A stretch of DNA of 30,443 nucleotides from positions 1-30,443 of the IMG/VR virus record IMGVR_UViG_3300032232_001030. One strand, given 5' to 3'. The notes beneath the pieces were generated by a model that worked only from the letters and a program-made list of their open reading frames with translations, made no database searches and had not been told where the DNA came from. Below are positions 24,848 through 30,443 of this stretch, piece by piece (the first letter of the stretch is position 1; each line of letters starts with the position of its first letter). Source of the stretch: a virus. Taxonomy: Duplodnaviria > Caudoviricetes. The position numbers and the translations under genes are program-made.

Positions 24848-24962
24848 GTTATTAGAAACCGTTTCTGATAACTATTCAACATACTATGAATGTAAAGCGA
24901 AATATGATGCTTGGATTGAATGGTATAACACTAACAAAAAAATATACGAAAGTGTAAAATGA
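24684..24962 (+). CDS. Rz1-like outer-membrane spanin lipoprotein
   Basis: +1 frame overlapping Rz; MQVRLMLIVSSMILLSSC lipobox; Pro-rich FPEPPKELLENCP; NY..YYEC...W. Start could be 24663, 24684 or 24699. Confidence 0.75.
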   Translation: MQVRLMLIVSSMILLSSCTTLLPVKAKFPEPPKELLENCPNSLQNSPEKTSKLSELLETVSDNYSTYYECKAKYDAWIEWYNTNKKIYESVK

Positions 24963-25345
24963 AATTAATTGCCTTATTATTTTCGTTGTCATTAACTTCT
25001 TGTGCAATAGTCGATTCTATGACTATGGCTCATTTTGATAATAATGAATATAAGATAATCAACAAAATGAGAACAACTGCTCAATTGGTTGAATGTGGCA
25101 ATAAAGATAGTATAAAGGATGCAACAAATAAATTGTGGTTTTATTCTAATGAACTACAAAACTACTCTCAATATATTCCTAAAAATGATAAGTCATATAA
25201 GATGGCTCAAAGTTTAGTCGAGATAGTTAAAGGTTTACATGATAAAAATGGTGAAATGGGTAAGTTGTATTGTGAAGAGAAGTTTAAAGTAATACAAAAC
25301 ACAACAGAAAACATTCAGAAAGCAACGGGGAATAAACCAAGATGA
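24959..25345 (+). CDS. Putative lipoprotein
   Basis: MKLIALLFSLSLTSC lipobox; two additional Cys; ATGA-coupled to the o-spanin. Confidence 0.7.
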   Translation: MKLIALLFSLSLTSCAIVDSMTMAHFDNNEYKIINKMRTTAQLVECGNKDSIKDATNKLWFYSNELQNYSQYIPKNDKSYKMAQSLVEIVKGLHDKNGEMGKLYCEEKFKVIQNTTENIQKATGNKPR

Positions 25346-25551
25346 CATCACTTTTAGATTTACAAAATAAGATTTTAGACCTTGAATCTCATTATCAAAA
25401 AGGTCATTTGACCAAAGAAGAATATTTAGAATTACTAAAAGATTTAGATACTTCTCAAGTTATCGCTGAATCAGCTAGAGATTTGGAAGATTTGGCTAAA
25501 TTAAATAGTATCATTTCTAGCACAATTACAGTATTATCAGTTGTTGCATAA
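25342..25551 (+). CDS. Small hypothetical protein
   Basis: 69 aa, ATGA-coupled; G.LTKEEY SHOCT-like pattern; hydrophobic C-terminus. Confidence 0.6.
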   Translation: MTSLLDLQNKILDLESHYQKGHLTKEEYLELLKDLDTSQVIAESARDLEDLAKLNSIISSTITVLSVVA

Positions 25552-25562
25552 AGGACAAACAA

Positions 25563-26021
25563 ATGGATCAAAGAAAACATGGTGTAAGTGATAACGCTTA
25601 CCAACATTTACAAGAAGCAGATACAAACGGTGACGGCTATGTGAGTAGCCAAGAACTAGCAATGTATCTAGAATTTAAACGCAAAGAACTCGAAGATGCA
25701 GATGCTCAACGAGACGCTATGCGTAAGATGACATGGTTTGCTCTATGGGGTATGTTACTCTATCCAGTAACTATCGTTATCGCTTCATGGTTAGATGTAG
25801 ATGACGCAGCAACTATTATTGGTGATATTGCACCTACATACTTTGTAGCTATCTCCGCTTTAGTTGCAGCTTTCTTTGGTGCTAATGCATACGCATCATC
25901 AAAAAAGTCTGAGGTGGTGATGCCGCCAGTTCCACCTAGACCATCTTTTTCTAGATCAGAGCCAACACCAGAACCAACAGTTGTTTCTAAACCAACAAAC
26001 GATGATTTTGATTTAAAATAA
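25563..26021 (+). CDS. EF-hand plus two-TM membrane protein (holin candidate)
   Basis: AAGGA RBS; canonical EF loop DTNGDGYVSSQE; two TM helices; Pro-rich tail. Confidence 0.65.
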   Translation: MDQRKHGVSDNAYQHLQEADTNGDGYVSSQELAMYLEFKRKELEDADAQRDAMRKMTWFALWGMLLYPVTIVIASWLDVDDAATIIGDIAPTYFVAISALVAAFFGANAYASSKKSEVVMPPVPPRPSFSRSEPTPEPTVVSKPTNDDFDLK

Positions 26022-26455
26022 TGGATATTGAAAATTTACATGACGTTAAAGTTGACGTTGAGGTACTTAAAAATAATGTTGGTACCTTAACTCGACTTTG
26101 CGAAAAAATGGACAAGGTTATTGAAAAACTTCTCGACCACCAAGATGTAATAATTTTACAGATATACAAAGACATGGATAAAAGAAAATCAGATACTAAT
26201 CAAGATGTCAAAGAATTACATTCGAGGATTACAAACGTGAGTAAAGAATTGAGTGAAAAGGTTGAAGAAACCGAAGATAAGATTATGAATGAAATTAAAG
26301 AAATGCGTAAAGAAATCTCCGATCATAATCAAAGAGAACAAGATGCAATGGATAAACTTCTACAATGGAAGTGGACTATTGTTGGTGGTATAGTTGTTAT
26401 AACATGGTTGACACAACACATAGGACTTGATACAATACTAAAATTACTTAATTAA
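26021..26455 (+). CDS. Coiled-coil protein with C-terminal TM anchor
   Basis: Long heptad region (DVKELHSRI) ending in WKWTIVGGIVVITWL. Confidence 0.7.
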   Translation: MDIENLHDVKVDVEVLKNNVGTLTRLCEKMDKVIEKLLDHQDVIILQIYKDMDKRKSDTNQDVKELHSRITNVSKELSEKVEETEDKIMNEIKEMRKEISDHNQREQDAMDKLLQWKWTIVGGIVVITWLTQHIGLDTILKLLN

Positions 26456-26469
26456 AGTGTTGTTTCATT

Positions 26470-27462
26470 ATGAGTGTTTATATTGATAGAAAGTTCCTTT
26501 TACAGGTTTCTCCCAAACTATTAAGATTTACCCAAAAGAAGACGGATCTTTATAACTTCCGTTGTCCGTTTTGTGGTGATTCCCAAAAGAACAAATTAAA
26601 GGCAAGAGGATTCATTTACCGAAAGAAGAATGATTACTTCTATAGTTGCCATAATTGTCATGTAGGCCATACGTTTTATAATTTCTTAAAATTTATAGAT
26701 GCTAACCTTGTTAGAGAATATTCATTAGAACGTTATAAAGACGGTGAAACTGGTAATCATAATTATACCAAACCTGCATTTGATATACCAAAACCCATAT
26801 TCAAACAAAAAATTGATTTAGAAAATATTAATTCTTTACCGGATAATCATTTCGCCAAACAATATGTGGCAAATAGACAAATACCAAAAGATAGATGGAC
26901 TGAATTATATTTTGCATCAGATTTTAAAGCATTTGTTGAAAGTTTTGATATTGATAAAGATTTAAAAGAAAATGATCCTAGATTAATTATACCATTCTAT
27001 AATGCAAAAAAAGATTTGATAGGATTTCAAGGAAGAGCGTTATCCGAATCCAAGATTAGATATATAACCATAAAGCTAGACGAAAATGCACCAAAGATTT
27101 TTGGTCTAGATAGATTGAAATCTGGCATAACTTATGTTGTGGAAGGTCCAATCGATTCTATGTTTATAGATAATGCTTTGGCAACAGCTGATGCTAATTT
27201 ATCTTCAATAGAAATTGATAACAAAGATTTAGTTTTAATCTATGATAATGAACCAAGAAACAAAGACATCGTAAAACAAATAGCTAAGGCAATCAAGGAA
27301 CAATTTCAAGTTGTTATCTGGCCTGCGACAATTGAATCTAAAGACATCAACGAAATGATTTTAAGTGGATTGACAAAACAACAATTGATGAGTATAATTA
27401 AAGAGAATACATATTCAGGTCTTCGTGCTGAAATGGAACTCAACAACTGGCATAAAATTTAA
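26470..27462 (+). CDS. gp61: DNA primase (T4 gp61)
   Basis: Zn finger NFRCPFCGDS...CHNC, RLIIPF, FQGRAL, TOPRIM VEGPIDS, YDNEPRN, KDINEM. Confidence 0.95.
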   Translation: MSVYIDRKFLLQVSPKLLRFTQKKTDLYNFRCPFCGDSQKNKLKARGFIYRKKNDYFYSCHNCHVGHTFYNFLKFIDANLVREYSLERYKDGETGNHNYTKPAFDIPKPIFKQKIDLENINSLPDNHFAKQYVANRQIPKDRWTELYFASDFKAFVESFDIDKDLKENDPRLIIPFYNAKKDLIGFQGRALSESKIRYITIKLDENAPKIFGLDRLKSGITYVVEGPIDSMFIDNALATADANLSSIEIDNKDLVLIYDNEPRNKDIVKQIAKAIKEQFQVVIWPATIESKDINEMILSGLTKQQLMSIIKENTYSGLRAEMELNNWHKI

Positions 27463-27476
27463 TATAGGGTAATAAT

Positions 27477-29261
27477 ATGGAATATAAAGGTATTAAAATT
27501 GATTTAGAACAAGATAAACTATTTGATGAATTAGGTTTAAAACGTTTAAAAGAATCTTACATGAGAGATGACGAAACTACACCACAACAGAGATTTGCTC
27601 ATGTTTCAAAATCATTCTCAAGTAATCCAGAACACGCACAACGATTATATGAATATAGTTCAAAACATTGGTTATCATATTCAACACCCATTTTATCTTT
27701 TGGTAAATCATCAAAAGGTATGCCTATTTCGTGTTTTCTCAATTTTATTGATGATACATCACAAGGTCTAGTAGATAACCTATCAGAAACAAATTGGCTG
27801 TCTATGCTTGGAGGTGGTGTTGGTATCGGTTTTGGTATTCGTGCCGCTGGTGAAAAATCAACTGGTGTTATGCCACATTTAAAGATATATGATGCGTCTT
27901 CACTTGCATATCGTCAAGGAAGAACACGCCGTGGGTCCTACGCAGCTTATCTAGACATTTCACATCCTGATATCATTTCATTCATTGAGATGAGGAAACC
28001 CACAGGTGACCCAAACCTACGTTGCCAGAATATGCATCATGGTGTTAATATTACCGATGATTTTATGAATATCATTGAAAAATGTATGACTGATCCTGAG
28101 TTCGATGATTCGTGGGAATTAAAAGATCCACATTCAAATGAAGTTCGTGAAGTGGTATCTGCCAAAGTATTATGGCAACAATTAATGGAACTTCGTATGC
28201 AAACAGGTGAACCATATTTACATTTTATTGATACAAGTAATAATGCTTTACCACAATGGCTAAAGGATAGAGGTTTAAAGGTACATCAATCTAACCTTTG
28301 TTCTGAAATTATTTTACCAACCAACAAAGATAGAACAGCAGTATGTTGTTTATCGAGTCTTAACTTGGAGAAATATGATGATTGGAAAGACGATGGACTT
28401 TTTATTAGAGATGTTGCAGAAATGCTGGATAACGTTCTTCAATATTTTATCGACAACGCTCCTGATACTATTGCTAGGGCTAGGTATTCTGCTCATCATG
28501 AGCGTTCAATTGGTGTTGGCGCTCTTGGCTTCCATGCTCTTCTTCAGCAAAAAGGTATTGCGTTTGAAGGTGTAATGGCTAAATCTTTGAATAATCAAAT
28601 ATTCAAAAATATAAGGAGTAAGTTAGATGTTGCAAATAAAGAATTGGGTAAAGAACGTGGCGAAGCACCTGACGCTGAGGGGACGGGTAATCGTTTCAGT
28701 CATCTTATGGCTATTGCTCCTAACGCTAGTTCTTCCATTATTATGGGAAATACTTCTCCAAGCATTGAGCCCTATCGTGCTAATGCTTATAGACAAGACA
28801 CTTTAAGTGGTTCTCATTTAAATAAAAATAAATATCTTGATAGATTATTACGAACAAAAATAAATAATGAAGATGAATTGGCTGAAATCTGGTCATCTAT
28901 TATTGCTAATGATGGTTCTGTTCAACATCTATCAGTATTGAATGAAGATGAAAAGTTTGTGTTTAAAACTTCAATGGAAATTGATCAACGTTGGATAATT
29001 GAACATGCAGCTGATAGGCAACAATATATTGACCAAGCACAATCAGTTAATGTATTCTTTAGACCTGATGCTAACATTATGTATGTTCATGCTATACATT
29101 TTACTGCTTGGAAGAAAGGTGTTAAAACACTATACTACTGCCGTTCTGAAAAAATTGGTAAAGCAGATAAAGTATCTAAACGTATTGAAAGAGAAGTTAT
29201 TAAAGAACTTGACATGACACAAATTGCTCAAGGTAATGATTGTATAGCTTGTGAAGGTTAA
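27477..29261 (+). CDS. nrdA: Ribonucleotide reductase class Ia alpha subunit (no ATP cone)
   Basis: PISCFL, GGGVG, SNLCSEI, CCLSS, APNASSS, DQAQS, TLYYCRS, C-terminal CIAC. Confidence 0.95.
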   Translation: MEYKGIKIDLEQDKLFDELGLKRLKESYMRDDETTPQQRFAHVSKSFSSNPEHAQRLYEYSSKHWLSYSTPILSFGKSSKGMPISCFLNFIDDTSQGLVDNLSETNWLSMLGGGVGIGFGIRAAGEKSTGVMPHLKIYDASSLAYRQGRTRRGSYAAYLDISHPDIISFIEMRKPTGDPNLRCQNMHHGVNITDDFMNIIEKCMTDPEFDDSWELKDPHSNEVREVVSAKVLWQQLMELRMQTGEPYLHFIDTSNNALPQWLKDRGLKVHQSNLCSEIILPTNKDRTAVCCLSSLNLEKYDDWKDDGLFIRDVAEMLDNVLQYFIDNAPDTIARARYSAHHERSIGVGALGFHALLQQKGIAFEGVMAKSLNNQIFKNIRSKLDVANKELGKERGEAPDAEGTGNRFSHLMAIAPNASSSIIMGNTSPSIEPYRANAYRQDTLSGSHLNKNKYLDRLLRTKINNEDELAEIWSSIIANDGSVQHLSVLNEDEKFVFKTSMEIDQRWIIEHAADRQQYIDQAQSVNVFFRPDANIMYVHAIHFTAWKKGVKTLYYCRSEKIGKADKVSKRIEREVIKELDMTQIAQGNDCIACEG

Positions 29262-29262
29262 T

Positions 29263-29442
29263 ATGCCAATATATGATTATGAATGTAAAGCATGTGAAGT
29301 TGTCTTTGATAAGTTAGTTAAGTTTGATGATCCTACACCAAATTGTCCTGAATGTGGTAGTGATATTGTCCAAAAAAAAGAAATACAGGCCATTAATTTT
29401 GAATTGAAAGGTGTGGGTATATATAAAAATGGAACGAATTAA
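29263..29442 (+). CDS. FmdB-family zinc-ribbon protein
   Basis: MPIYDYECKAC...CPECGS...FELKG.G.Y. Confidence 0.85.
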   Translation: MPIYDYECKACEVVFDKLVKFDDPTPNCPECGSDIVQKKEIQAINFELKGVGIYKNGTN

Positions 29443-29446
29443 ACAA

Positions 29447-29668
29447 ATGGATATTAAATGGATAGCTTCAGCGTTATTCATTTTTGCAGGCACATTAGTA
29501 GCTTTAAAATTGGATATAATGAAATATTCTTTTCCAATGTTTTGTATAGCTCACCTTATACTGATATACGATTTCACAACCACACACAAAAACAAGCCGT
29601 TAATTATACAGAACATATATTTCTTTATAGTTAATATTATTGCAACCTATATTTGGATGATCAAGTAG
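29447..29668 (+). CDS. Small three-TM membrane protein
   Basis: MDIKWIASALFIFAG...; three hydrophobic segments; start could be 29429 or 29447. Confidence 0.6.
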   Translation: MDIKWIASALFIFAGTLVALKLDIMKYSFPMFCIAHLILIYDFTTTHKNKPLIIQNIYFFIVNIIATYIWMIK

Positions 29669-29670
29669 AT

Positions 29671-30443
29671 ATGACCAAGAAAACGGACTATAAATTAACC
29701 GACACAAGAGAATATTTTAAGCCTTTTAATTATCCGTGGGCTTATAATGCTTGGTTGAAACATGAGCAATCACATTGGTTACATACAGAAGTTCCAATGT
29801 TAGAAGATGTTAAAGATTGGAAAAAGAAACTCACAAAAGAAGAAAAACTATTCTTAACACAAATTTTTAGATTTTTCACACAAGGTGATATTGACGTTGC
29901 TGGTGGTTATGTTAAGAATTACTTACCATATTTCCCACAACCTGAAGTTAGAATGATGTTGATGGGTTTTGCGGCTCGTGAAGCATTACATGTTGCCGCT
30001 TACTCACATCTTATTGAAACATTAGGTTTACCAGAATCAACATACAATGAATTTTTAGATTATGTAGAAATGAAAGAGAAACACGATTATGTCACAGAAA
30101 TCAGTTCGAAAAACGGAGATGCGGCCTCAACTGCTACGCATATTGCCGTGTTCAGTGCTTTTACGGAGGGTATGCAGTTGTTTAGTTCTTTTATTATGCT
30201 TCTTAATTTTCCTCGTCATGGCAAAATGAAAGGTATGGGTCAGATCATTACATGGTCAATTGTGGATGAAACACAACACTGTGAATCGATGATAAAATTA
30301 TTCCGAACATATATAGAAGAGAATAATGAAATTTGGAATGACGATTTAAAATCTAGAATTTATACTATTGCTGAAAAGATGGTTGAACTCGAAGATAAAT
30401 TTATTGATCTCGCATTTGGTATTTCTTTAATGGAAGGTTTGAC
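29671..30443 (+). CDS. nrdB: Ribonucleotide reductase class Ia beta subunit (3' end runs off the window)
   Basis: Not in the ORF track; translated by hand: MTKKTDYKLTDTREYFKPFNYPWAY...HW...FFTQGDIDV...REALHVAAYS...EGMQLFSSF...VDETQH (di-metal ligands and radical Tyr). Confidence 0.95.
   Translation, partial: MTKKTDYKLTDTREYFKPFNYPWAYNAWLKHEQSHWLHTEVPMLEDVKDWKKKLTKEEKLFLTQIFRFFTQGDIDVAGGYVKNYLPYFPQPEVRMMLMGFAAREALHVAAYSHLIETLGLPESTYNEFLDYVEMKEKHDYVTEISSKNGDAASTATHIAVFSAFTEGMQLFSSFIMLLNFPRHGKMKGMGQIITWSIVDETQHCESMIKLFRTYIEENNEIWNDDLKSRIYTIAEKMVELEDKFIDLAFGISLMEGL

Noticed and set aside
1323-30443. Introns, inteins or homing endonucleases in gp43, gp41, gp61, nrdA or nrdB; tRNA genes; stop-codon recoding
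   Set aside because: All these genes are uninterrupted and of ordinary length, intergenic gaps are too short for tRNAs, and TAA, TAG and TGA all act as stops.

Overview
AT-rich segment of a large lytic T4-superfamily myovirus genome, resembling aquatic T4-like phages of Gram-negative hosts (inferred from the spanins and CsgF). From left to right: (i) a leftward late operon with two paralogous small membrane proteins and a csgF-like curli-secretion gene, truncated at the window edge; (ii) a replication block driven by a sigma70 promoter (gp43 polymerase, UvsX, gp41 helicase), followed by an HExxH protein and a DruA/DUF4338-like protein; (iii) a late-promoter glycan-modification operon (methyltransferase, several glycosyltransferases, epimerase, HtrL/YibB-like); (iv) a ~9 kb late block (14357-23710) in which many proteins carry T4-type capsid-targeting leaders and repeated prohead-protease-like Glu sites, including a strikingly His-rich enzyme set (ligase-like nucleotidyltransferase, PD-(D/E)xK nuclease-like, HAD phosphatase, HxGH nucleotidyltransferase fused to a P-loop domain); (v) a lysis cassette (GH19 endolysin, overlapping spanins, an extra lipoprotein, holin-like proteins); (vi) gp61 primase, nrdA, two small inserted genes and a partial nrdB. 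The most promising novel signal is block (iv), a candidate virion-packaged, protease-matured, injected enzyme system. Family assignments come from motif recognition only; no database searches were run.
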